A program made the position numbers and the translations under genes. From Felis catus (Eukaryota): a stretch of 64,000 nt of DNA. The notes beneath the pieces are model-generated. The model was not told the origin of the DNA. It was given only the letters and a program-made list of their open reading frames with translations, and ran no database searches. This document shows, in pieces, positions 38,896 to 52,014 of the stretch (position 1 is the first letter of the stretch; every line of letters begins with the position of its first letter). The stretch spans positions 2,046,001-2,110,000 of the forward strand of contig NC_058378.1 of NCBI RefSeq assembly GCF_018350175.1, read 5' to 3'.

Positions 38896-39261
38896 TAATT
38901 TCATTTCAGGTGGAATACCTGAAGTGATAAAATTCTAGTAATTCGTTCAACTTTGAATGGCTTTCAGGAGATGCTTCATTCAATTTTGAATGACTATCAG
39001 GAGACACTGAAGGTAAAGTAGGTTAATAGGAATATGGATTAACGTGAGGGAAAAGTCCTTGGAGTAGAGGAAAGTCATAGCTTTTGAAATACTTAATTTT
39101 GTGTATACCTAGACGAAGCTGCAGGTTTGACCATTGTTGCAGGGGAGGGATTCCTGGGGACATGGCACATCACTTCTAATTATTTTAAATACAGTAAAAC
39201 CTTGGTTTGTGAGCATGATTCACTCTGGAAACATGATTGTAATCCGAAGAACTTTTTTAGT

Positions 39262-39451
39262 GGGGAGCCTGGGTGGCTCCGTCAGTTAAGCATCCAACTT
39301 TGGCTCAGGTCATGATCTCGTGATTTGTGGGTTCAAGCCTCACGTTGGAGTCTGTGCTGACAACTTGGAGCCTGGAGCCTGCTTCGGATTCTGTCTCTCT
39401 CTCTCCCTCTCCCTCTCTCTCTCAAAAATAAACATTAAACAAAAACAACAA
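39262..39451 (+). mobile_element. Can-SINE
   Basis: Head, CT tract and A tail. Confidence 0.93.
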
Positions 39452-41544
39452 AGTACATGTATATCAAAGTGAATCTCCCCGCAAGAAATAATGGAACCCC
39501 AGATGATGATTCCACAACCCAAAAATATTAATATAAAAATGATTACAATACTATAATGTAATACAAAATAATAAAGAAAATACAAAATGTAATGAAAAAC
39601 AAACAAGTTAACCTGTATTTCCCTTTGAAAACCTTTGTGGCTGGTGTGGGGGAGACAGGAGAGAGGAGGGTTACTGTGTAGGACAACTTTCACTATCAGT
39701 AACAGAACCACTGCTGTCTATTGGCTCAATGGAATCTTTTTCTGCATAGGGGCCATTGTATATGCTCGCATGGGTGCTGACTACAGTGCAGTTAATAAAC
39801 TCTTGTCACATACTGTATTTCATGTAACCGGCAATAGGGCAGCAGCGGAACAGGTCTCTATCTGCAGGCAGCCTGACCGAGAATGAAGCAAAGCCTTCCT
39901 AACCTTACTCTTGTCTGGAAAAGCAAAGGACCGTCCACAGGTGCTTTGCAGGGACAAAAATACACCAGTGCCAGTTGTGGGCACCTTCCAACGTCCTGAA
40001 AAATCACTGATTTCTGCCAAACACCACAGCCTGACACTGAGCATCTGAGAATGGGAGAAGATCACCCCCACTCCCGCAGCCAAAAAGAGAGAGACAGAGA
40101 TGGAGACAGAGACAGACAGAAGATCCATTGGCTCCGTGTGATCATGCGACCTTCCATGTGCTACTCGTATTGCAAGACATCGCTCGTTTATCAAGTTAAA
40201 ATTTGTTAGAAAGGTTTGCTCATCTTGTGGGACACTCACGGACAGTTGCTTGCAATCCAAGGTTTTACCATATTACCAAAGAAATAGGACAGTGCAGCTT
40301 CCTTTCAACTGTGAATGTCTTGGGACACATCCCCCAGAACTGACTCGCTCTGGCCCTGCCCCTTCTAGATTCAGACCCCGTGTGTGAGCAGCAGGGTCCC
40401 AGCATAGAGGAAGTGAGTAACTGGCAGTAAAGCATCATAAATCAGGGCCCCAGAGAAAATATTAGAGCTGCACCTGCAGGGACATCTTCTAAGAAGTGGA
40501 AAACAGCAGAACCGAAAGCCCGCCAACTCTGGCCGGATGCCCAGCCACGGTTTTCCAGAGCAAAATCTGAGAAACACCGTGGGAATCTGCCCCTGGTGTG
40601 GCGGGAAGCCAGGAGATTTGAGTCTGGCTTACCAAAGAGTTTAGATTTAGCAGAAAGCTAAATGGAAGAAAGGCCTTTTTCAGTTTGTGTTTATCTTCTA
40701 TATCTTTTCAATGTTATGTGTTATTCACCCACTGTCCACAACAAAGTCTTCAGAAATACATTTTAGAGGCAGACTCTTATCTCTGTGGATAGGGAGGAAG
40801 AGGGTCAGGAAACCCCATCTCTGAGGGTGGACCAGGGAGCAGGTTAGTGCTGCACCTGCTGCTGCCCCACCCCTGACCCCCCAACCCCTGACCCCAGCCC
40901 GGCCACAGGCCCACAGCTCTTTAGCTGCACTGGTATTTCTCAGCCTGAGGCTCCATGGGCACCGAGGTCACCTACTTCTTATGCTTCAGGCCAGAAGCAA
41001 CAGGGAGTTGCCAGGGATCTAAGCCCCCAGTGCACAGCCTGGGCCCCTGTGACTGCTGTGTGAGCTCCACAGCTCTGCCACCCACAGGATGACGGAGTGA
41101 CTTGGGTGCACCACCTTCTGGGCTTTCCCCATGGGGTCAAGTTGTACACACGCTCAGAAGTCGCTCTCTGGGCTCCTCTCCCCGGGCTCAGTTGCAAAAC
41201 ACACTATCTGCGCTCTAATTCTTGTGTCAGGGTCCGTGTGCTGAGGGAGCCCGAATGACACAGGTGCCTCCAGACAGTCCTAATGGAGCCCTGGCATTGA
41301 TCCCACTGTCGGTGGCTTGGGGAAAGGCACTGACCCTTCCAGGTGTGGCACGACATTTGAATTATGCTGACCTGTGACCCAGGTGGACAAGGGTGCATTG
41401 GGTGACCGAGTGTCCCTGTAACTGCAGGGACGTGGAGGCAGCGCTCATTCAAGGGACTGGGATATGTTTGTGGGTTCCCGTCTGTGAAGTGTCAGCTCGA
41501 ATTAGCCGACTGTTAACTCCAAAACTAGGATAAAAGCAGAGTTA

Positions 41545-43960
41545 AGTGACCTTTGGTCTCTGGCAGCTTGCTCCCACCCCTCGTCACTGCTAGGCTCAAA
41601 TGTCAGCGTGTTACTGTCAGAAGCTACCGTAACAGACTTGAGACAGGAAGACGTAGCTGTTTTCTATCAAACGAGTCACAAGGCTCGAGAATGCGCTTGG
41701 ACTTTGATCTTGAGGATGCTGGAATCGGGGTTAAGTGATGTGAGACTAGGAGGACCTCGGGGGGCTTCTTGTCTGTGCCTTCGGGCTGGATGTCCTTCTC
41801 ATGGGACACGGGAGCTGGGCCCAGTCCCCTGCTGAGGTGGCTCCTTGGAGCTTGGATAAAATCACCATCACCCTAAACTGGGTGGAAATGCTAAAACTAC
41901 TTCATTGGGGTGTTAGAGAGATTGTCAGAAAGCTCAAAACGATGAACATGTTATTAATATACCTGGGAACACACCCCCTTACACAGTTCTCCAGGAAGGG
42001 TCAAAGGGCACACACTCTTCACCAAAGCAGTAAATGGTGTGCTAAGTGGGGGGCAACGTTGTATGGATGGCGGCCATCTCCCCTGTGGATCTGGCCTCTC
42101 TCAGGGACGCCCCCATTGTCAGAGGCCACGGCAGCGTTCCAGAACAGCGTAAGGTGATATCTATACTTAGTTCACAGAGGCAAAGTGACATAATGACTTT
42201 AATGAGCAGCAAGGCCAGAAGATCGAACCCACAGGGTGTGGGGTGTCGTCTGATAACCCTGTAGCGCCCTGTGGGTGAAACAGATGAAGGCGAAGGAGGG
42301 CATTGCCCAACTTAGAAATATGTGAAAGTCCTTAAGAGCAGGTGAACAGTAGGCCCATGACAGCCATCATTCTAGAAGATCAAAACGTACCACCTTTCCA
42401 GACTTGAGCCGGATCTGAGACAGAGCGTATCTGCGGAAAGAAAGCCCCAGCGATGAGGCAGCGAAGATATATACAGCATGTCTGCTCCTCCCATTATAGA
42501 AGAGGCTTTGACCGCTTACCAGAGTACTGCTCGCTGGAGGAAAGGGGATACTGGGCTTCTACAGGGCCCATCGCATGTGGGTTCTGACGCCTGTGCCGTC
42601 ACAGCTCCGTGAGAGTGGGCCGGTACAGAGACGAATCCATGCCCTGTCCTCTCCCTGGTCCCCGAGTGCAAAATCAGCAGCAGTAATTAGCAGCTGGCAG
42701 AATCCTCGTGCTGATCTGTGAACAGGCACACTACAAGGAACAACCATGCGGAAGCCACTGAGCAGTCCCCTCTGTGGCCAAGGCGGGGAAGCAGGATTCA
42801 CATGTCACCCCGGATGGGGTGAGAGGGGTTCTTGTCACACATGAAGACCAGGGGGGCCACATGAGGGCACATACGTATCTCCGCTTCACTCAGCCTCTGT
42901 CTCCCCAAACTACAGATGGATACCAGCACGTGGCAGTGAACCATAGTGACCCTCGCCGGGAGTCACAGAAATCTGCTGGGTGCGCTGTTAATGGTGCAAA
43001 GACTCAACACAGCTTCTGGACGTTGTGTTAAAGTATCTAGATCATAAGTTGCTTTTAATCCCCATCAGGTGGGATGATGAGAATCGATTAATGTTCATTG
43101 GAAAATCCAGTGAAAAGGATCCCTGATGAGACACATGTGCCAGAATCTGGGTGACACCCTACAGATATTCAGGGCAAGCCTCATTACCGAAGGTTTTGTG
43201 GGCCCTGTGGTCTGAACTATGTAAGGACATCCCTTCCAAAGAATGGATAGTTGACTGCATTCCGTGTATCCAGTCTGCTGAGCACAGACAAAGCCCGAGG
43301 CACCACCTTTTAGGTTGTAAACGTATGTCACATTTGGGAATGGTCATGCCACTGGCACACATAGAGGAATGTCAGTTTGGCATAGGGACCAGAGAAAGTG
43401 AAGCCACTGCGGAATGTTGAGGCTATGAGGTGAGCGGCCTTGTCCAGTGGCCCACGGAATCTGACGGATTCCTGCTGGGATAGTATGTGCGGTAGATGAA
43501 GTCGTCGTATGAGATCTGAGTCATGTCATGAACTGCGAGGAGTCTAGGTCACAGTCCCGGCACGTATGTGGCCTCAGAAGGGACAGTGCTACCATGAGAC
43601 TTAGCACAGGTGTGTCTAGAACTGCCCGTGGGGTCAGCATGGTCATCACATAGGACGGGCACAGTAGTAGGAAGTGACATGTTTAGCCCTGAGTTTGAAC
43701 AGGTCTGGAGGATACAAGAAAGTTACCAAAAGCAACTGGAGGCAGGACCCTGGACAGGGGCAAAGGGCCTGACCTATCAATTGGAGTCTTGCAGAATCAC
43801 ATTTAGAAAAGCTGGATACAAAGAACTCTGCGGATGTTCTCATGGGGGAGGGGAAAAGGTGTGGATTTGTGTCTTGAGTCAACATTCACACAGACCCCAG
43901 CACAGAGGGGGAGATAAACCAGCAGGATTACACAGCACTGGCTCAGTGGGGCTTAGGAAA
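41545..43960 (+). mobile_element. Decayed ERV-L internal region (gag, protease, RT, RNase H remnants)
   Basis: RECAWTLILRMLESG resembles ERV-L Gag EQAWEWILRVWDNG. VEMLKLLHWGVREIVRKL resembles LEMPDLPWFNVEEGIQRL. tttccagacttgagcc at ~42395. WSELCKDIPSK resembles RT WCGACRDIPSK. Segments lie in the expected order with large deletions. Confidence 0.78.
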
Positions 43961-44464
43961 AGGGGACATAGGGGTGGAGTAGGGGTGAGTGTGGGTCTAG
44001 AGACGCATCTCCCTCACAGTGACTCACATGGTGAAGACTTCTGGGGTGAGCTGGCTGGGTCTTCCTCTACATAATGCCTCTTTCTAGAACATTCTTCATT
44101 TAGCTGGTTCTCTTTGAAAAGAGAGTCCCAGGGGTTCCAAAAAGAGTAAGTAAGACTGAAAACCGCTGCTGGAAAGGAAACATTCAGAGGACCTATGACA
44201 GGTCTGGCTCTCCAGGAGTTTACAATGTACTTCAGAAAGTAAATCTAGGGTATTTACTTCTATACAGAAATATAAATGGACAGTGTTGTCCAAATTATTC
44301 AGACACAGGAGGGATTTCCTCCAACCAGGAGAGGAATTTTCAGCAAGAAGTGGAAGCTGAGTGGAACTTTTGGAGTCGAAATCTGACTAAAAGGAGTCAG
44401 GTGAGGGAGGATGAGGGAGAGCAGATTCCAGGCAAAGACCGTCATGGGCGAAAGTTTGCACGCG

Positions 44465-44985
44465 TGTATTAGTTTTCTATTGCTGCTGTGACGTTTTCCA
44501 CTGACTTGGGGTCCTTAAACACACCCAGCGTTTTCCCGTAGTCCTGTGGGTGGGAAGTCCCGCGTGGTTCTCACGGGCTAAAAGTCACGATTAGGGCAGG
44601 TGTCCTCCTTCCTGGAGGCTCTGGGGAAGAGTGCATCTCCTCGCTCTTTGGGATTATTGGCAGAGTTCGGCTCTCCTGGTTGTGAGAGTGAGTCCCCGTT
44701 TCCTCACTGGCTGGGAGCCCTCCCTAGCTACAGAGGTGACATTCCCTGGCCAAGGTGGCGAGTCCCTTCTCTCTGGCTCACCCTTCTGTCTTTTCTTCTT
44801 CACTCTTGAGGACTCATAAATTTAGATTGAACCAACAAGCTAGCTCAGGGTAATCCTCTTATCTTAAAATTAGTTCACTAGCAACCCTGATTCCACTGCA
44901 GTCCTGATTTCTTTTTGCCATATAAGGTGACACATTCACAAATTCCAGGGATTAGTACATGGGTGTCTTTGAGGATGGGAAGGAG
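44465..44985 (-). mobile_element. MLT1D-like MaLR LTR
   Basis: tgtattagttttctattgctgctgt start, ttcctggaggctctggggaaga, and ttccagggattagtacatggg...tctttg end. Confidence 0.82.
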
Positions 44986-47499
44986 AGCTTCAGTTTTCAT
45001 TTTGAACAGTGGGCTACATGTGTGTTGTGAGGGGTGGATGAGAAGGAGGGGTGCATGAGGCAGACTTGCCTGGAACCCGCACCTGTATTTTAGTAAAGAT
45101 GAGTGAGCCTGAGACAAAGGCAGAGGCAGGCCAAGTGCAGAGCACCGGGTGGGTTTGTAGGAGGCCAGAAGGATGGGGATCTGCACAAGGTTCTTGCCAT
45201 TGTACCCGGTACAGGGGCGGGCAGGATTGGACACCACAGGTAGGAACACCCCTGCCCGGCAGGCTCCCGTGGGTTGCAGGTGCAAATAAAGGTGAACGTG
45301 TGTTTGGACAGAACAGGGAGAATGGGACACAGGGGCTGGGATGTGAGGCATTTCTAACCTGTCAGTATTTGACGGTGTATTTGTCTGTGTGATACTCGCA
45401 TTGGTATTGTAAGACCAAATCACTGAATCGGATTCTTGAGGGCAAGAGTTAAGAAATGTGCATTCCAGTGGGTTCTAGAGAAGCATCAGAGAGCCAGACA
45501 GCACTGAGCCACAGAGGAGACTTCGGCACATAGCCCTACATGGCCTATGATGATGAGAAATAGTGAATACACAGTTCACTGAAATACACATTCAAAAGGA
45601 AATATTTCATCCAGTACAGAAATTAACCCCTCATAGCTGGACCTTTAAAATTTAATATTTGTACGTATGAAACCATTTCCCCTGCATTTGGATAATACTT
45701 ATATTCAAAGTAATGAAAAACATTTGCTCAAAGTTGTATGACCTTTCTTTACTGGAAGTTTCCACTCAGAACATCTGGGTTTGTCCCCCTGGGGTACATT
45801 CCCCTGGCCATACGGAGTAACCAGAATTCTATTCACAGAGGATGTTGTTTTGCACGAATTTGAGTGCATGGAGCAGAATGAGAAACACAGGGACAGTTGA
45901 AAGGGTTTTTCGTGCCTGTGACATTGACTTGGAAGGAGTGCTGAACCTGTGGGTTTGGGACGTACCCTACCGGCAGGAGCACCGCCGCCTTGGGGGCCCG
46001 CTGTGGGTGAAGCAGGAGAAACCAAAAGGAGAGTTTACCTTTTCTTCCCTTGGGGTTTTAAGGAGGACCAGGGGGCCTCTGAGGACATTTCTACAGGCAG
46101 TCAGCTTTCTGACGTGTAAATCTGGTTGGATTTTCTCATAAAGGTCCTCAAAGTCTCCTTTGCTGTGCAGGGTAAAGTGTAAGAACTTACAAGTTAGTAG
46201 ACTGGGTACCAGACTAGCCTCATCACCAGTCGCTGGTCAGACTGGGGAAGAGCAGACGAGCTGTGTCACCAGTTACTGGGTAGACTGGGGAAGAGCCGTC
46301 TGCAGGTGCGCCTTCTGGACGCAGACACCCCCCCACCCCAGACACAGCTCTGCAGGCCAGCTGCCCCCCCGCATGCTAGGGGGTCACGTCGGGCTGTGCC
46401 CTGCCCTCCTTCAGCTCGGCATCAGCATCTCCCGGGGTCCTATTTCTTGACAACGTATTATTGCTTAAAATGCATGAAAATAACCTGCAATGAGTTTGTG
46501 CTCCTGCCCCTAAGTGGGTCTCATCAAACATTCACCGAGAAGACGGTTGTCCTGCGGTGTGCTGAAATCGGACAGACAGCTAAGAGCGTGGCTTCCTGCC
46601 CCTCAGCTGCCACATGAGGCCTCACCACCCACCTCCTTTCTTGCGATCATCATCGCTCAGGGCGAGCGCAGAAGGACAAGCCGGGACGAGCCGCATGCCC
46701 TGGAGCCCGATGCACGGTCGCTACCTGCCTGGCGATGCTCTCATGAGTTCTGCCTCCAATGCCTCCTACCTTCCTGGGCCACAGGGAGGTTGGGTAAAGG
46801 GAAACTGGGAAGTGGTACGTTAGGTGAACGTGAAACATGCTGAGAGCATTGCTGGACACTGGTGCTATGGAGCTTCTAGAAAGTACTGCGAGCATTCCTG
46901 CTAGTTTAGTTTTTAGGAAGACATATTCTGCAACCAACTCCTTTAGAAATAAAGTTTAAAATGAGATTTTAGGTCTCATTACAGTACAGTATGTACATCT
47001 TAAATACTAAAGGGGCAGAGATTAAAATAGAACTTTCAAAAAATAAAATTTTCACACACTATTTATTGACATTAAATACCTCCCCTGGAACTAGCGTGAT
47101 AATAGTGGTGTCACAGAAAACAGGAAAATAAGAAGACATAACCCTGTGGACGAAGCATTTACATCCACTCCAAAAGTCAATAATAACTTAGAAGATGACA
47201 CTTGAGAACAAGAGAAGCAGATTCAGCTGCAAAATTTAGGTTTACCCATCATTCTGAGAAGCCTGACTTCATTAAAAAAAAGACAGTTCTTGTGCACAAA
47301 TACAAGTGGAATGATAGCTTTCAATGTGCTAGCACCATTGGAAGAACTGCCTAACAATTTAAATTATGCTGGGTTTATACCAGTGTCAATAGGTGTTTTG
47401 AATATGTTGCCTTCAGTCAAGGTTCTATTGTGTAATACAAACCAAAGTGGCGTTTAGAAGTGGATTCCAAGAAAGGTAAAACACCGGGCATAATTATGG

Positions 47500-47569
47500 G
47501 TGCTCTTGTAAGCTTATTTACAAGTTCAGTTCATGTGCTCTTGTAAGCTCATTTACAAGTTCAGTATAT
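47500..47569. repeat. 35-bp tandem duplication with internal hairpin
   Basis: gtgctcttgtaagctYatttacaagttcagt starting at 47500 and 47535. Confidence 0.92.
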
Positions 47570-47866
47570 GGGGGTAAATAGTTTTGTGACAAATTCAGTT
47601 TGGGGTAGAATGCAACAGTGTGGTTAAAAATGTTCATAGGGCATTAAGGCATGTAGCATCGCAAATGTGCTTGGAATTCACCGTGAAGGCACAGAATGAT
47701 ATCAAGCTATGATGTAAACCAAATAGAAGTTACATTGTGAGTTACAAACGTCTTCAATACACAGAGGTTCGTTTTACTACACCGTCTGATAATAACCCTG
47801 CAGTAGTGCGGCACAAGGATTGTGGAGGCGTGCAAATGCCAGCTCCGCTGGTCGTCCTTGGCCGCC

Positions 47867-47925
47867 CACCTCACCTCACCTCACCTCACCTCACCTCACC
47901 TCACCTCACCTCACCTCACCTCACC
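47867..47925. repeat. (CACCT)n pentanucleotide microsatellite
   Basis: About 11-12 perfect units. Confidence 0.96.
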
Positions 47926-48028
47926 ATCCTTTTGACCTCTGAAGAGCTGCTTTGCAAATTCAACATAACTGCGCATGATGATGGTCAACTTTTTTTGTAA
48001 ACAAATATTGTATTTCTAATTATGTTTC

Positions 48029-49773
48029 TTTTTTTTAAATATATGTGATTTATTGTCAAGTTAACTAACATACAGTGTATACAGTGTGCTCTTGGTTTTG
48101 GGGGTAGATTCCCGTGAATAGTCGCTTACATACAACACCCAGTGCTCATCCCAACAAGTGCCCTCCTCAATGTCCATCACCCATTTCCCCCTCTCCCCTG
48201 CCCCCCATCAACCCTCAGGTTGTTCTCTGTATTTAACAGTCTCTTATGGTTTGCCTCCCTCCCTTTCTGTTTATAACGATTTTTCCTCCTTCCCTTCCCC
48301 CATGTTCTTCTGCTAAGTTTCTCAAGATCCACATATGAGTGAAAACATGATATCTGCCCTTCTCTGACTAACTTATTTCACTTAGCATAATACTCTCCAG
48401 TTCCATCTATGTTGTTGCTAATGGCAGGATATCTTTCTTTCTCGTTGTCAAGTAGTATTCCATTGTATATTTAAACCACATCTTCTTTATCATTCATCTG
48501 TTGATGGACATTTGGGCTCTTTCCAAGATTTAGCTATTGTTGAAAGTGCTGCTATAAACATTGGGGTACGTGTGCCCCTATGAATTAGCACTCCTGTATC
48601 CTTTGGATAAATTCCTNNNNNNNNNNNNNNNNNNNNNNNNNNNNNNNNNNNNNNNNNNNNNNNNNNNNNNNNNNNNNNNNNNNNNNNNNNNNNNNNNNNN
48701 NNNNNNNNNNNNNNNNNNNNNNNNNNNNNNNNNNNNNNNNNNNNNNNNNNNNNNNNNNNNNNNNNNNNNNNNNNNNNNTTCATTTTNNNNNNNNNNNNNN
48801 NNNNNNNNNNNNNNNNNNNNNNNNNNNNNNNNNNNNNNNNNNNNNNNNNNNNNNNNNNNNNNNNNNNNNNNNNNNNNNNNNNNNNNNNNNNNNNNNNNNN
48901 NNNNNNNNNNNNNNNNNNNNNNNNNNNNNNNNNNNNNNNNNNNNNNNNGTTTTCAGGTGTTGAGTTTGGTAAGTTCTTTATAGATTTTGGATGCTCACCC
49001 TTCATCAGACATGTCACTTGAAAATATCTGTTCCCATTCTGTCAGTTGCATTTTAGTTTTATTGATTGTTTCCTTTGCAATGGAGAAGCTTTTTTATCTT
49101 GATGAGGTCCCAATAGTTCATTTTTGCTTTTATTTTCCTTGTTTTTGGAGATGTGTCAAGCAAGAAATTTCTGAGATTGAGGTCAGAGAGGTTGTTGCCT
49201 GTTTTCTCCTCCAGGGTTTTGATGNNNNNNNNNNNNNNNNNNNNNNNNNNNNNNNNNNNNNNNNNNNNNNNNNNNNNNNNNNNNNNNNNNNNNNNNNNNN
49301 NNNNNNNNNNNNNNNNNNNNNNNNNNNNNNNNNNNNNNNNNNNNNNNNNNNNNNNNNNNNNNNNNNNNTGGGTACTCTTTCCTGCTTTGTCAAAGATGAG
49401 TTGGCCATACATTTGTGGGTCCAATTCTGGGTTCTGTGTTCTATTCCATTGGTCTATGTGTCTGTTTGTGTGCCAGTACCATACTGTATTTATGATTAGA
49501 GCCTTGTAGTACAGGCTAAAATCCGGGATTGTGATGCCTCTTGCTTTGGTTTTCTTTTTCAACATAACTTTGGCTATTCAGGGTCTTTTGTGGTTCCATA
49601 CAAATTTTAGGATTGTTTGTTCTAGCTTGAAGAAGAATGCCAGTGCGATTTCGATTGGGATTGCATTGGATGTGTAGATTGCTTTGGGTAGTATTGACAT
49701 TTTAACAATATTTGTTCTTTTAATCCAGGAGCATGGAATGTTTATCCATTTCTTTGTGTCTTCTTCAATTTCC
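48029..49773 (-). mobile_element. Younger 5'-truncated felid/carnivore L1 (ORF2 C-terminal part plus 3'UTR)
   Basis: Well-preserved ORF2 translation ([41 protein letters not shown]; TPMFIAALSTIAKSWKEPKCPSTDE). TSD tatttctaattatRtttc at 48011-48028 and 49791-49808. Three internal N-runs. Confidence 0.95.
48617..49368. other. Three N-runs inside the young L1 (48617-48778, 48787-48948, 49225-49368)
   Basis: Directly visible. Confidence 1.
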
Positions 49774-50059
49774 CAGTTATATTTCTATTATATTTCTAAT
49801 TATATTTCCATGTTCGAAAAGTTGGCTGAAGGTTTTAAATCAAATATTCAGTGAATACAGGGCCCAACACTTAAACTTTTAAAGTTTACTAACAAATTAC
49901 ACTTTTCTTAAAACAATGCAACTTGATGCTATGACTGTTTTTTTTTTAAGATAAAATCTAAGATGGAATTACATAAATTAAATGAAACTCCAAATGGTAT
50001 ACAAAATGTCATATCAAAATGCCTTGACTTGTGGAGTAGTATTTTTGCTAGAAATGTAA

Positions 50060-50658
50060 TTTTTTATACTAGTTTTCTTGGGTGCTTATTACATATTGTA
50101 TACTTCGCTCATTAAAAGTGTACAATTCAGTGATTCCTAGTATATTCATGGTATTGTGAAACTTTCACTGCAGTCAACCTTAAAATGTCTCTGTCATCCC
50201 CAGAATAAACTCTGTGCCTTTTAGCTATAACCCCCAGCACCGATCACCTTATCATTCGCAGCCCTGGCCAATCACTTCTGTGTCCACAGATCTGTCTTTT
50301 ATATAAATAGAATCATACAATAGGTGGTCTTTAGTGTCTCATTTATTTCATTTAGCGTGTTTTAAGGCTCATCCATGTTGTGATGTGGTTAACTAATACT
50401 CTGTTCTATGAATATATCACATTTTATTTATCCATCCATCTGTTGATGGACATTTGGGTTGCTTCCACTTTAACTATCATGAATAATACTGTAAAGAACA
50501 TTCATATACATGCTTTTGTGTGTGGATACATGCTTTCATTTCTCATGGACATGTACCTAGTAGTGGGATATCTGGGTCAAATAGTAACACTGTGTTTGAA
50601 ATTGTGAAGAGCTACCAAGCCATTTTCCAGAGTGGGAGCACCATTTTGAATTCCAACT
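50060..50658 (-). mobile_element. Ancient L1M (L1MB-like) 3' end
   Basis: aagtgtacaattcagtg, tttatttatccatccatctgttgatggacatttgggttgcttccacttt. Confidence 0.8.
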
Positions 50659-50973
50659 TCTGCACTAGCCACGGGCACCCTACCCGCTTCGGTGCCACCC
50701 ATAGCTCTACCCATATGGAGCCATTCTTCTCTTTCTGCAAGGGTAGCCCAGGTTTGCCAGCAAAAGTTCTGTCAGTCCGTTTTCTACCTATCAGGTGTGG
50801 CAAGTCCAAATGCATTCCTCATCTCAACCCTTAGTCTCCACTCCCTTAGTCCAAGATGGTGGGGTCTTAGCTGACACAGCATTTCCAAATACTTTGAGTC
50901 TCCTGTTTAGGTCATGGGGACACACCATGAGACGAGACGGTCTTCCACAGATATTTCCTCAAAATATCCTAAC

Positions 50974-51976
50974 CTGGATCATATGTTACTTCTATTGTTA
51001 ACTTTTTTAGGAACTTCCATTAGTACTATTCTGCCTAATGGCTGTGCCAGTTCACATTCCTACCAACCATGTACAACTGTTTCCTTTCTCCACATCGCCA
51101 ACAGTATTTGCTGTCTTTTTCATAACAGCCATTTCAACGTGTGAGATATCTCGTTGTGGCTTTGGTTTGCATGTCTCTGATGAATCGTGATGTCGAACAT
51201 TTTTTCCTGTACTGGTTAACTTCATATGCTTCTTCTGAGAAATATCTATTCAGGTCCTTTCCTTGTTTTTAAATCAGGTTGTTTTCTTACTACTGAGCTT
51301 TTTGAGTTCCTGGCATACTTTGGATATTTCCTCCTTATGAGATGTGTTTGCAAGTATTCTATCCCATTACACGGGTTGTCTCTTCATTCTGTTGATTATT
51401 TCCTTTGCCATATCTGATGCAACCACACTGTGTGTTCTTGCATTCATTGCCTATACTACCATGTGATCCAGCAAACCTCACTTACGCATAGATTTACTTC
51501 TGGGTGTACATCCAGAAGAAATGGAACCAATATCTTGAAGGGGTGACGGTACCCCTATGTTTGTTGCAATATCATTCACAGTATCCAAGGTAAGAATCCC
51601 CCTGAGTGTCTGTGGATGGATATTATTTAGCCTTAAAAAAGGAAGGAAGTCCTGTCATTTCTTCAGCATACGTGAATGTGGATGACATTATTCCATGTAA
51701 AATAATGAGTCAGGGCACAGAAAAAAACAAATGTTTCATCATCTCACTGTACAGAGAATCTAAATGAGTTGAAGTCATAGAAACAGAGAGTAGAATGTTG
51801 GTCTCTAGGGGTCGGCAGGTGGAGGAAACAGGAAGATGTTGGTATCACCGTGTAACATTTCAGTTATGCAGGATGAATAATCTCTGGAGATCTAATGTGC
51901 CACGTGGTGACTATAGTTAATAATGCTGTACTGAGTGCTCTACATTTGCTGAGATAGTAAATCATTAACGTTCTCA

Positions 51977-52014
<38 letters not shown>

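Noticed and set aside
39700-39850. CCAAT, SOX-like (ccattgta) and X-box-like (gtaaccggcaat) motifs in unique DNA
   Set aside because: The matches are partial and cannot support an enhancer call without conservation data.
48490-49565. Apparently long L1 ORF2 frames suggesting an active element
   Set aside because: Lengths are inflated by N-runs, and the element is 5'-truncated, lacking the endonuclease, most of RT and the promoter.
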